From Kofleriaceae bacterium (GTDB lineage: Bacteria; Myxococcota_A; Polyangia; Haliangiales; Haliangiaceae), in the NCBI GenBank assembly GCA_036384235.1, contig DASVMS010000944.1, positions 1-36,271 of the forward strand: DNA of 36,271 bases, written 5' to 3'. Below are positions 8,257 through 17,049 of this stretch, one piece after another. Within the stretch, counting starts at the first letter, position 1; each line of letters starts with the position of its first letter. The notes beneath the pieces were generated by a model. It was not told the DNA's origin. It ran no database searches and was given only the letters and a program-made list of their open reading frames with translations. A program made the translations under genes and the position numbers.

Positions 8257-8384
8257 TCACCGCGCCCAGCACCGCACCCCCGGCTGTGGCGGCTGCACGC
8301 AAGCCCGCCGGTTACGGCCTGGCCGATCCCTTCCCCACTGGCTTCCTCGCCCAGCAAGCCCACGCCTTCCGCCGGGCACATTGA
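8257..8384 (+). pseudogene. Internally deleted remnant of the hydroxylase gene (copy 3)
   Basis: Positions 8257-8300 resemble 1722-1765 (tcaccgcgcccagcaccgc...ctggcggctgcacg). Positions 8301-8384 resemble 2100-2181 (aagcccgccggctacggcctggccgatccgttcccc...cagcaagcccacgc). ORF 8148..8384 ends in KPAGYGLADPFPTGFLAQQAHAFRR. Confidence 0.75.
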
Positions 8385-8612
8385 CACCTATTCCGCGCGG
8401 AGAGCAATGGCCATCACGACCTCCGCCGTCGGAGGATGGACGGCCCCTTTGGCGGAGATATCCCCGCGCCATTGCGCTCCTCGGTGGATCTCAGAACGTG
8501 CGGGCGGTCAGCTTTTTGCAGCCTCCGATGACGATCCTGGTAGCGCTTGGTTAAGAGCTAGCCGGGCGCAGGCGCGCGACGGCAGTTCGGCATCGACGAA
8601 TCGACGACTGGA

Positions 8613-8903
8613 TCATCGCGACTCGGCCCAGGCACCCGCCTGGACGAGCGCGAGCCCGCGGTGGCGGACCGGGGCCGAAAGTCGGCCGGCGACCGCGGCC
8701 TCGAGCGCCTCGACGAGCTCGCCCGCGGTGGAGAACCGGTCGGCCGACTGCTTGGCGAGGCCGATCGCGAGCACAAGATCGACCTGGGGCGGGAGCTCGG
8801 GCGCGAGATCGCTCGGGCGGCGCGGCGGCGTGTGTCGGAGGCAGTACAGCAGATCGGCGAGATCGGTGGCGGTGAACGGCGGGTGGCCGATATCGAGCGA
8901 GGG
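8613..8903 (-). pseudogene. C-terminal remnant of a Ser/Thr protein kinase catalytic domain, with no start codon and no N-lobe
   Basis: My own translation of the minus-strand frame between stops gives LDIGHPPFTATDLADLLYCLRHTPPRRPSDLAPELPPQVDLVLAIGLAKQSADRFSTAGELVEALEAAV... This matches the subdomain X-XI pattern of Hanks-type kinases (PPF ... P ... LAK.P..RF.sa.El...L). This frame is not in the supplied ORF track because it has no start codon. Confidence 0.55.
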
Positions 8904-8929
8904 TCATGGCCGCCGCCGTGGATCGGCCG

Positions 8930-10288
8930 CTACTCGCAGCTGCCGGAGGCCGGCACCAAGCTCGCCTGATCGTCGTCGGTGAGGGTCCGCAGGAAGCAGA
9001 GCAGATCGCTCATCTCCTGCTCGGTCATGAGTGGCTCGCCACCCGCCGAGCGGCCGTCGAGCGGCAGCTGCTTGTCGATGTTCTTGCGATGCGCCGCGGG
9101 CAGATCGTCGAACTTCTGCACGGTGCCGCCGGCGTACTGGGTGGTGATGAGGCCGTAGCGCGGAAACTCGGGGTCGGGCCTGGGCCTGGCTCGACCGCCG
9201 ACGGTCGGGTACCAGAGCTCGGGCCGGGTGTCGCGGGTGTTGTAGAACCGGACCGCCTGCTCGAGCGAGTGGATGACGCCATTGTGGAAGAACACGCGCC
9301 GGGTAGCGGCGTTGCGCAAGGTCGGTGTCTTGAACAGGCCGCAGAACTCGGGGAAGCGCACGTGATCGTCGCGCTCGGGGCCACAGACGCCGAGATCGGT
9401 GTAGCGGCGATCGCGATTGGCGGGGATCTGCGGGTTGCGCGGGACGCCGATCGCCTCGAACGAGAAGTCGGTGAACTGCGGCGGCGCGCCGTCGTCCTGG
9501 CTCGCGTCGGAGAAGTGGCAGCCGGAGCAGTTGCCGGTCTTCGGATCCTTGAACACGCGCAGGCCGCGCGCCTCGGCAGGCGTGAGCTCGCCGCCGGGCT
9601 TGTGGTAGAGGTGTCGATCGTACTTGCTGCTGTAAGGATGAAAGCTCGGATCTTCGAGCTGGAAGGACTGCAGGGCGAGCTGGATCTTGCCGAACGCGAC
9701 CTCGACGTTGGCGAGCGCCGGATCACCGAACGCCTGGACGAACGCCGCGGCCGAGGCCGATGCCCGCAGCCGGGCCACCACCGCCGCCGGGGTGGCGTTG
9801 GCCATCTCGAACGGCGACAGGAGTGGGATCCGGGCCTGCTCGGCGAGCGAATCGGCGCGGCCGTCCCAGGCGAACCCACCGCCGGGACCGGGTGGGCTGA
9901 ACCCGTCGGCGTTGTCGAGCAGATCGGCATACCCGGGCGTGAACTCCTTGTAGCGGAGCGACGGGACCGCGCGCACGCCGGGCGACGTGCCAAGGGGACC
10001 GCCGAGCTGCACCGCCAGGTCGTTGGCTGGTCCGTAGCCATGCTCGGGGTCATGGCAGGTCGCGCACGCCATGCGGCCGGACGCCGACAGCGCCTGGTCG
10101 AAGAACAACTGCTTGCCCGCCTGGGCCGCCGCGCTCAGCGGACGCGGGTGGGGTGCCGCCGAGACGAGCCGCGGCGGCGGCGCGGAGGCTGGATGAGAGT
10201 CGACGGGATCATCGGTCCTCGAGCACGCTGCCAGGGCGAGCGTGGCGAGCAACCACCCCGCGCGGTCCCAGGTTCCTGGATACGTCAT
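8930..10288 (-). CDS. Di-haem cytochrome c peroxidase / MauG-family lipoprotein
   Basis: Lipobox LALAAC. Haem motifs CATCH and CSGCH. FKTPTLRNAATRRVFFHNGV matches the CCP signature. Confidence 0.85.
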   Translation of the reverse strand: MTYPGTWDRAGWLLATLALAACSRTDDPVDSHPASAPPPRLVSAAPHPRPLSAAAQAGKQLFFDQALSASGRMACATCHDPEHGYGPANDLAVQLGGPLGTSPGVRAVPSLRYKEFTPGYADLLDNADGFSPPGPGGGFAWDGRADSLAEQARIPLLSPFEMANATPAAVVARLRASASAAAFVQAFGDPALANVEVAFGKIQLALQSFQLEDPSFHPYSSKYDRHLYHKPGGELTPAEARGLRVFKDPKTGNCSGCHFSDASQDDGAPPQFTDFSFEAIGVPRNPQIPANRDRRYTDLGVCGPERDDHVRFPEFCGLFKTPTLRNAATRRVFFHNGVIHSLEQAVRFYNTRDTRPELWYPTVGGRARPRPDPEFPRYGLITTQYAGGTVQKFDDLPAAHRKNIDKQLPLDGRSAGGEPLMTEQEMSDLLCFLRTLTDDDQASLVPASGSCE

Positions 10289-10324
10289 GCGTCCTCCGCA
10301 CCGGTCATCACGACACGGCGGCGA

Positions 10325-12547
10325 CTACTGGTTGGTCAGGCTGAAGTCGAACATGTCGAACAGATCGGTGAGCGCCGGCATGTTCGTCGGGACGTACGGA
10401 TTGTCCGCGGTGGTGATCGGATCGGGCAAGTTGTCGCGGCTGCGGCCGGTGATCGGCGCGAGCGACCAGTTGCGCTCGATGAACTTCAAGATCGACACGT
10501 GGTCCGCGTAGCCGTGGTTGATGGTGCCGCCCCGGGTATAGGGCGAGACGATGATCAGCGGGATCCGCGTGCCGTCGCCGAAGAAGTCGAGCGGCTGGAT
10601 GAACCCCGAGTCGTAATAGCCGCCGCCCTCGTCGAACGTGACGATCACGGCGGTGCTCGCCTCGAGCGCGGGGTTGGCATGCAGCTTGGCCAGGATGTTC
10701 CTGGCGTAGGCCTCGAACAGGCCGAGCTTGGACGACGACGGGTGGCCGTCGAGGGCGCCGTCGGGGTGAGCGAACGAGACCGCCGGCAGCGTGCCGTTGG
10801 CGATGTCGGTGAACATGTCGACGGTGTCCTTGATGTGCTCGGCGCGAGCCGCCGGATCCGCCATGACCTGGGTCTGGTACTCGAACGGATTACAGATCTG
10901 GCAATACCCCGTGCCGCGGTTGAACCCGCCGCCGTAGAACCGCCAGGAGATCCCCTTCTCGCTGAGCGAGTCACCGATCGAGCGCTGGGTGGTCGCCGGC
11001 ACGAACGTCCCCGAGGTCTTCAGCGTGCCATCGGGATTGTACGCGGGGTTGGTGTTATTCAGGTAGTAGTACGTGTTGGCCGCGCAGTTCGGGCTCGGGT
11101 GGTACGGCAGCGATCCGAGGTAGCTCACGATCGGGCCCACGCCCGGCGCAGCGGCGTCCGAGCAGTTGCTGAAGTTGCCGTCGAGCGTGTAGCGGTTGTT
11201 GGTGCCGGGCCGCGGGTTCGGGTTGGCGACGAGGCTCGCGGGCGGCGGGACCGGGTTGCCCATGCCGTCGGTCCAGGCCACGGCGTCGCCGAAGCCCAGC
11301 ATCGAGTGGTTGGCGCCGGTGCCGCCCTGCACCGACTGGTGCATGTTGTCGCTCATCGCGAAGTTGTCGGCGAGCATCTTGAAGAACGGGACGTCACCGT
11401 TGTTCACGTTGAAGAACGCCATCGAGCTGCCGACGCCGTTGTCCGCGGAGGAGAACGAGATCGCCACGAACGGGAACAGGTCGCTCACGCAGCCGCTCGG
11501 GTTATCCGCGGTGGCCTGGGCGACCGAGCAATCGGTCTGCTGCCACATCTGATAGAAGCGATGGATGGTGTCGCCGGTGTACGCGTCGTACGGCATGGTC
11601 GGCCCGGTCATCTGGAACGGACCGTCGGGCAACGCCCCGGCGTTGGTCACGCGCGTGTCGAGCACGCGGGCCGGCAGCCCGGTCGCGCCGGTGGTCAAGA
11701 GGCCGAGATCCGCGGGATCGATGTCGGTCTCGGAGCGCGCCTGATCGATGGTCTGAAACGGCGACGCGGTGGTCCGCTGCGCGCTCGGCGCGCCGGATGT
11801 GCTCGGCCCCGGCAGGACGGCGTACCGCGTCTTGCTTGCCGGGGAGAGGTAGAACGCGGCCTGGGACGCGGCCTCGGTCTGGGCGGCGAGCGCGAAGCTC
11901 GGACCCGGCGTGCCGTCGGGGTTCACGATCCCCTTCGACACCAGGTTCGCCACCGTCTGGCCGGCGCGCGGGACGTAGGTGCCGAACGTGTGATCGAACG
12001 TGCGGTTCTCGCCGATGAGGACGATCACGTGCTTGATCGGCGTCTGTGGCGCCGGCTCGGAGCACACGACGTCGACCGACCGCGACGACGCGCAGGCGGG
12101 ATCGCCGTCGGACGCCGCCAGGGTGACCGTCACCAGGCCGGTCTTCGTGCAGGTCAGGGCCGCGCTCGGCGTCGACGCGCCGGCGAGGCGCCCCGAGGTC
12201 GACGTCCAGCTGAACGCGAGCGGCGACGGGACGTGGTCGACATCGACGGCGGTGGCGGCAAGGCCGATCGTGCTGCCGACCGCGACCTCGGCCGGGCTGG
12301 CGGCGATGCCATCGATCCGCGGGCAGGCGTTCAGCGTGCCATTGACCACGATGCTGCCGGTGCCGGGTTGCAGATCGCAGGTCATGTGGACCGCCACCGA
12401 CCTGATCGCTACCCGGTCGATGTCGAAGGTCGCCGAGCCCACGCAAGCGCCGGTTCCACCGAGGGTGATGCCGCGGAGCGTGATCTGGTAACCGACGCCG
12501 AACGGGATCCCGCTGATGACGGCGCTGACCGTCGAGCTGTGGGTCAC
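10325..12547 (-). CDS. Phosphoesterase-family protein (phospholipase C / AcpA acid phosphatase type) with an N-terminal Ig-like region
   Basis: IKHVIVLIGENRTFDHTFGTY and IPLIIVSPYTRGGTINHGYADHVSILKFIERNW are hallmarks of the PF04185-type phosphoesterase family. GTG at 12547 is the only available start. No signal peptide is present. Confidence 0.8.
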   Translation of the reverse strand: MTHSSTVSAVISGIPFGVGYQITLRGITLGGTGACVGSATFDIDRVAIRSVAVHMTCDLQPGTGSIVVNGTLNACPRIDGIAASPAEVAVGSTIGLAATAVDVDHVPSPLAFSWTSTSGRLAGASTPSAALTCTKTGLVTVTLAASDGDPACASSRSVDVVCSEPAPQTPIKHVIVLIGENRTFDHTFGTYVPRAGQTVANLVSKGIVNPDGTPGPSFALAAQTEAASQAAFYLSPASKTRYAVLPGPSTSGAPSAQRTTASPFQTIDQARSETDIDPADLGLLTTGATGLPARVLDTRVTNAGALPDGPFQMTGPTMPYDAYTGDTIHRFYQMWQQTDCSVAQATADNPSGCVSDLFPFVAISFSSADNGVGSSMAFFNVNNGDVPFFKMLADNFAMSDNMHQSVQGGTGANHSMLGFGDAVAWTDGMGNPVPPPASLVANPNPRPGTNNRYTLDGNFSNCSDAAAPGVGPIVSYLGSLPYHPSPNCAANTYYYLNNTNPAYNPDGTLKTSGTFVPATTQRSIGDSLSEKGISWRFYGGGFNRGTGYCQICNPFEYQTQVMADPAARAEHIKDTVDMFTDIANGTLPAVSFAHPDGALDGHPSSSKLGLFEAYARNILAKLHANPALEASTAVIVTFDEGGGYYDSGFIQPLDFFGDGTRIPLIIVSPYTRGGTINHGYADHVSILKFIERNWSLAPITGRSRDNLPDPITTADNPYVPTNMPALTDLFDMFDFSLTNQ

Positions 12548-12573
12548 GTCGACGGCAGATCCAGGCGGGATCG

Positions 12574-13215
12574 CTACGCCGCGACGTACTTGACGGCGCG
12601 CGCGATCAGGTAGACGGCATAGACCATGAGCGCGATGCCGATGACGCGCGGGATCCAGGCGGCCTTGTCGCCGAGCACGTTCTTGCCGCGCTGGGTGAGG
12701 TGGGCGACCAGGGAGAACCAGCCGAAGCTGCCGGCCATCACGCCGAGCGCGCAGAGAACGCCGCCGAGAAGCGTCGGGGGGGTGAGGTGGTCGGCGATCT
12801 GCTCGGTGATCACGACCCAGGTCACGATCGCGGCGGGGTTGAGCAGGATCAGCAAGAGGCCGGTCTTGAACCCCAGGGCCAGCTCGTTCTCCGGCGCGTC
12901 GGGCGGCCGCGCCTCGTGGTGGGCCGGCGCCACGGGCTGGCTGCGCGCGGTCAGAAAGCCATAGACCAGGAGGACCACGCCGCTGACCGCATAGAGGATC
13001 GGCGATACGACCGCGTAGGACCGCAGCACCGGCGTCACGCCGAGGATGCCGAGGGCCGAGTACAGGAAGTCGGCGCAGGCGCCGCCGGCCCCGACCGCGA
13101 TCGCACGCCGCAGGGTATGGCGGTACGCGGCGTCGATCACCGCGACGTTGACCGGCCCGATCGGCACGCCCGTGAGTGCGCCTGCAAGAACTCCGAACAC
13201 GATGAACATCAGCAC
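12574..13215 (-). CDS. LysE/RhtB-family amino-acid exporter
   Basis: About 210 aa and multi-helix hydrophobic. The N-terminal pattern GxLxGxPxGPxNxxxI is typical of the LysE family. The start is GTG 13215 or ATG 13209. Confidence 0.8.
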   Translation of the reverse strand: MLMFIVFGVLAGALTGVPIGPVNVAVIDAAYRHTLRRAIAVGAGGACADFLYSALGILGVTPVLRSYAVVSPILYAVSGVVLLVYGFLTARSQPVAPAHHEARPPDAPENELALGFKTGLLLILLNPAAIVTWVVITEQIADHLTPPTLLGGVLCALGVMAGSFGWFSLVAHLTQRGKNVLGDKAAWIPRVIGIALMVYAVYLIARAVKYVAA

Positions 13216-13241
13216 GGAAGCCCCCGTGCTATAGCAGCACC

Positions 13242-14045
13242 GTGGCCCCAGCTGCCAGAAAGCCGCACGGGTCGGACCGGCCCGTTGGGGGTGGAGCCGT
13301 CACCTGGCTCGGCCACGCCACGGCCGTCGCCGAGCTCGGCAGCGCCCGCGTGGTGTTCGATCCGCTGCTGCCGTGGCGCGCCCGCGCCGCCGGCAGGGTC
13401 GACGCCGTGCTGGTCACGCACTCGCACGTCGATCACCTGAACCGATGGAGCCTCAAGGCGATCGATCGCGACACGCACCTGGTGGTCCCGATGGGCGCCC
13501 GGCACATCGTCGCCGACCTGGGGTTTCGCGAGGTCACCGAGCTCACCGCCGGCGCCGAGGTCGAGATCTCCGGGCTCGCGATCACCGCGGTGCCCACGCG
13601 CCACGACTTCGGGCGCTGGCGCAAGGGCGGCACCCCCGAGGCGCTGGGCTACGTGGTGGCCGGCGGCGGCGTCGCGCTGCACCACGCCGGTGACGTCGAC
13701 TTCTCCGATCACGCCGTGTTCGACGACATCGGCAAGCGCCACGCGATCGACGCCGCGCTCCTGCCGATCGGCGGCATGCTGCCGACCTGGTACTACCGCT
13801 GGCGCCGCCGCGATTTCGATCGCGGCATCCACATCGATCCGGACTGCGCGCTCGACATCTTCGAGCGGCTCGGCGCCCGGACGCTCGTCCCGGTGCACTG
13901 GGGTACCGTCCACCTGCCGCTCGGCTTGCCCGGCACACCGCGCCGCCGGCTCGTCCAGGTCGCAGAGCAGCGCGGCAAGACCTCTGCGGTGCGCGTGCTC
14001 ACCCACGGGGAATGCCTGGGGCTTTTGCGCGCGTCTCATCCCTAG
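13242..14045 (+). CDS. MBL-fold metallo-hydrolase
   Basis: TWLGHATAV at the N-terminus and the HSHVDH (HxHxDH) zinc motif. The only in-frame start is GTG 13242. Confidence 0.75.
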   Translation: MAPAARKPHGSDRPVGGGAVTWLGHATAVAELGSARVVFDPLLPWRARAAGRVDAVLVTHSHVDHLNRWSLKAIDRDTHLVVPMGARHIVADLGFREVTELTAGAEVEISGLAITAVPTRHDFGRWRKGGTPEALGYVVAGGGVALHHAGDVDFSDHAVFDDIGKRHAIDAALLPIGGMLPTWYYRWRRRDFDRGIHIDPDCALDIFERLGARTLVPVHWGTVHLPLGLPGTPRRRLVQVAEQRGKTSAVRVLTHGECLGLLRASHP

Positions 14046-14263
14046 AGCACGCCGTTGAACCGCAGGGTCCCCACGATGCCGATGATCCCGATCACGATCC
14101 CCATGGCGTAGCCGAACCGCTGGTCGGCGACGAGCGGATCGCGGCGATCTTTGCCTCGCAGCCGCGCGATGAGCACGAGATCGTGAACCGTCCAGGCCGC
14201 GGCGACGATCCCGGTGATCAGGCTGAGCAGCAGCCGGAAGACGCCGTCGGGCAGCTCGGTCAT
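14042..14263 (-). CDS. Small two-TM membrane protein (73 aa), last gene of the operon
   Basis: The ATG at 14263 overlaps the upstream TGA (ATGA). Two hydrophobic helices are present (LLLSLITGIVAAAW and YAMGIVIGIIGIVGTL). Confidence 0.5.
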   Translation of the reverse strand: MTELPDGVFRLLLSLITGIVAAAWTVHDLVLIARLRGKDRRDPLVADQRFGYAMGIVIGIIGIVGTLRFNGVL

Positions 14264-14871
14264 GAGTAGGCTCCCGCGGTGCTCCCGGGGACGGGCGCGG
14301 CCCCGGCGTCGGACCTCTGCACGGGCGCCGGCACCGGATCGATCAGCATGCGCTTGGCGTCGTGCAGCACGATCACGAGCATGACCGGCACGAACGCCCA
14401 GTAGAAGTATCGCTTTTCCATGTCGCCGGTGGCGAAGCCGATCAGGTAGCCGGTGTAGGCCACGATCCGCTCCATCGCGTACGACTTGTAATTGATGGAT
14501 CGGCCGGCGCGCCGGATGTAGACCCAGCGCAGCGCCGTGTTGACGAGGCCCAGGCCGATGACGCAGCCGACCGGCACCGCCGGCGCCCAGTCGTAGGCCG
14601 CGACCAGGATCAGGCCGAAGCCGTAGCAGATCCCGTCGGTGATCGCGTCGAACAGCTCGCCGAACGCGCTGCGGCAATCGAAGATCCGGGCGACCAGGCC
14701 GTCGACCTTGTCGAGCACCCCGCAGACGATGATGAACAGCGTCGCGTGCTGGTGGTAGCCGTGGGCGACCGCCCACCACAGGAGCGGCAGGGTCAGAAAC
14801 CGCGACGCGGTGACCGCGTTGGCCGGGTTCAGCCGCGATACCACCCGCGGCGAAGCCGTCGTCCCCGCCAT
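14260..14871 (-). CDS. CDP-alcohol phosphatidyltransferase family protein (second copy)
   Basis: Signature DKVDGLVARIFDCRSAFGELFDAITD, which fits D(x2)DG(x2)AR...G(x3)D(x3)D. The ATG at 14871 overlaps the upstream stop (TGATG). Confidence 0.85.
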   Translation of the reverse strand: MAGTTASPRVVSRLNPANAVTASRFLTLPLLWWAVAHGYHQHATLFIIVCGVLDKVDGLVARIFDCRSAFGELFDAITDGICYGFGLILVAAYDWAPAVPVGCVIGLGLVNTALRWVYIRRAGRSINYKSYAMERIVAYTGYLIGFATGDMEKRYFYWAFVPVMLVIVLHDAKRMLIDPVPAPVQRSDAGAAPVPGSTAGAYS

Positions 14872-15599
14872 CAGGACGCCTCGGCGTCGGTCATCATCCC
14901 GGCCTGGCCTGCCGGAGCCGCCGCCGGGGCAGGCTCGTCCTCGTCGGTGAAGAGCCCCGGATCGACGTGCCGGTAGCGCTTCCATGCGAACCGCACCCGC
15001 TGCAGCAGCGACACGTGGCTCATGATCGCCACCGCCCAGCAGCCGGCGAGCAGCGGCCGCGGATCGTGGAGCAGCGCGGTGAAGAACACGCCAAAGCCGT
15101 AATAGATCAGGAACTCGGCCGAGCCGAACAGCCCGACCACGTCGACCGGGTGGCCGATCTTGCCCTTCTCGCGCCAGATGTCCTGCTGGCTCTCGGCGTA
15201 GATCGACAGCTTGATGATGACGTTGGTCAAAGAGCCCGTGATGCCAAACCCCAGGACGATCAGGACGTGGGGGTAGTCGTAGCTGAGGTTCAGGCACCCT
15301 CCGGCATACATGATGCCGAGCACCCAGCGGTCGCAGACGTCGTCCATCACCGCGCCAAACGTGGAGCGCTGGTTGAAGTTACGCGCCTTGTAGCCGTCGA
15401 TGTGGTCGATCAGGCCGCGCACCAGGAGCAGCACGAACCCGAGCCACCAGTCGCCGTAGTAGAGCACGACGCCGCCGACCAGGCCGACCAGCGCGCCGAA
15501 CAGCGTCCAGGCGTTGGCGTGGACCGGGAGCTTCGCCAGCGAGGCTACGATCGGGTGGAGGAGCCGATCGACGTGCTTGCGAATCGCGAACAGGTTCAT
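14871..15599 (-). CDS. CDP-alcohol phosphatidyltransferase family protein (first copy)
   Basis: Signature DHIDGYKARNFNQRSTFGAVMDDVCD. The ATG at 15599 (MNLFAIRK...) was chosen over the longer ORF start at 15662. Confidence 0.85.
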   Translation of the reverse strand: MNLFAIRKHVDRLLHPIVASLAKLPVHANAWTLFGALVGLVGGVVLYYGDWWLGFVLLLVRGLIDHIDGYKARNFNQRSTFGAVMDDVCDRWVLGIMYAGGCLNLSYDYPHVLIVLGFGITGSLTNVIIKLSIYAESQQDIWREKGKIGHPVDVVGLFGSAEFLIYYGFGVFFTALLHDPRPLLAGCWAVAIMSHVSLLQRVRFAWKRYRHVDPGLFTDEDEPAPAAAPAGQAGMMTDAEAS

Positions 15600-15689
15600 C
15601 TGACGAGGGGACTCTAGTCGAAGTTGCGGGCGGCGCACAGTACGCCGATACCCCCCGACCATACGCCGGAACAGCTACCGTACGAGCGA

Positions 15690-16988
15690 TCAGCCACCCC
15701 GGACGGTGCGCAATGTGTTTCGCAGTGCGGTGATGAACTGGTCCAGCTGTGCTGAAGTGATCGACAGCGGCGGCTGCAGCCGCAGCACGTTGCCGTGCAA
15801 GCCCGAGACCGTGATCAGCATCCCCTGGGCATGGAGATGGTCCTTCACCTTGCCCACCTCGGTCTTTCCGAGGACTTCGCGGGTGTCGCGGTTCTTCACC
15901 AGCTCGATGCCACCCAGGAGCCCGGTGAACCGGACATCGCCGATCCAGGGATCTCGCAGCGCCCAGGCGGCCTCGGCGAAGTACCGCCCCATCTTCGCCG
16001 CGTTCTCGATCAGCCCCTCGGCGAAGATCGTCTCGATCATCGCGAGCCCGCCCGCGGCCGACACCGCGTTGCCACCCGAGGTCGGCGTGGTGCCGCCGAA
16101 GAAGTTCTTGGCGACTTCATTGGACGCCGCGGTCAGGCCGAGCGAGCCGACGCCGCCGGACAGGCCCTTGCCGCCGGTCATGATCTCGGGCTCGAGGCCG
16201 TAGTGGTCGATCGCGAACATCTTGCCGGTACGGCCCATGCCGGTCTGGATCTCGTCGGCGATGAGCACGATGCCGCGCTTCTTCCGCGCCGCGTCGAGCC
16301 GGTCCCACCACTTCTGCGGCGGCGCCAGCCCGCCGACCGCCTGGATCGGCTCGGCGATGAGGCCCGCCGTGCCCGGGTGCGCGTCGAACAGCGCGTCGAC
16401 GCCGTCGAGGCACTCGACCTTGCACTTCGAGCTCGGGCCGAACTTGCAGCGGTAGCAGTACGCCGTCGGGACCGCGTAGTTGTCGGTGCCGAGCGGCTTG
16501 CCCGCCGACTCGCGGTACTTCTCGCTCGCGGTGACCTCGAGCGAGCCCAGGGTCAGGCCGTGGTAGCCATTCTCGAGGTACGCGATCTCCGGCTTTCTGC
16601 GGAACTGCCGCGCGAGCTTGAGCGCGAACTCGTTGGACTCCGACCCACCGGTCGAGAAGAACGCCTTGTGGATGGTCTTTGGCGCCAGGCTGACCAGCTT
16701 CTCGGCCAGCCGCACCGCCGGCACCGTGCCGTGCTTGCCGGACACCTGCAGCACCTCGTGGAGCTGCCTGGTGACCGCCTCGATGATCCGGGGGTGGCAG
16801 TGGCCGGCGTTGTTGACGAAGTACCCGGCCGTGAGGTCGAGGTACTCCTTGCCGTGGACATCGGTGACGACGCAGCCGCGCGCCTTCGCGATGATCACCG
16901 GCTCGCCAGCCGGGTGCGCCCAGGGGCGCATCACATACTTCTCGTCGGCTGCTTCGATCGCGCCCGCGTCGGGCATCTGCTCACCCAT
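15690..16988 (-). CDS. Class-III (PLP-dependent) aminotransferase
   Basis: FFSTGGSESNE, ADEIQTGMGRTGKMFA and a candidate PLP-lysine region GGKGLSGG. The length (432 aa) is typical for the class. Confidence 0.9.
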   Translation of the reverse strand: MGEQMPDAGAIEAADEKYVMRPWAHPAGEPVIIAKARGCVVTDVHGKEYLDLTAGYFVNNAGHCHPRIIEAVTRQLHEVLQVSGKHGTVPAVRLAEKLVSLAPKTIHKAFFSTGGSESNEFALKLARQFRRKPEIAYLENGYHGLTLGSLEVTASEKYRESAGKPLGTDNYAVPTAYCYRCKFGPSSKCKVECLDGVDALFDAHPGTAGLIAEPIQAVGGLAPPQKWWDRLDAARKKRGIVLIADEIQTGMGRTGKMFAIDHYGLEPEIMTGGKGLSGGVGSLGLTAASNEVAKNFFGGTTPTSGGNAVSAAGGLAMIETIFAEGLIENAAKMGRYFAEAAWALRDPWIGDVRFTGLLGGIELVKNRDTREVLGKTEVGKVKDHLHAQGMLITVSGLHGNVLRLQPPLSITSAQLDQFITALRNTLRTVRGG

Positions 16989-17049
16989 GGGATCTCCGTT
17001 CGTGGCTTCCTCGGTACCGCACGTCGCAAATCCAAGTCAAGTTCCGATC

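Noticed and set aside
8906-12613. Very long plus-strand ORF (1235 aa), plus similar giants at 2429..5017 (+), 2511..4847 (-), 15795..17465 (+), 26363..28342 (+) and 34060..36204 (-)
   Set aside because: These ORFs are Arg/Ala/Gly/Pro-rich and low in complexity, with no recognisable motifs. Each lies antisense to, or frame-shifted within, a gene with clear family signatures. They are the expected stop-codon-poor shadow frames of DNA at about 70% GC.
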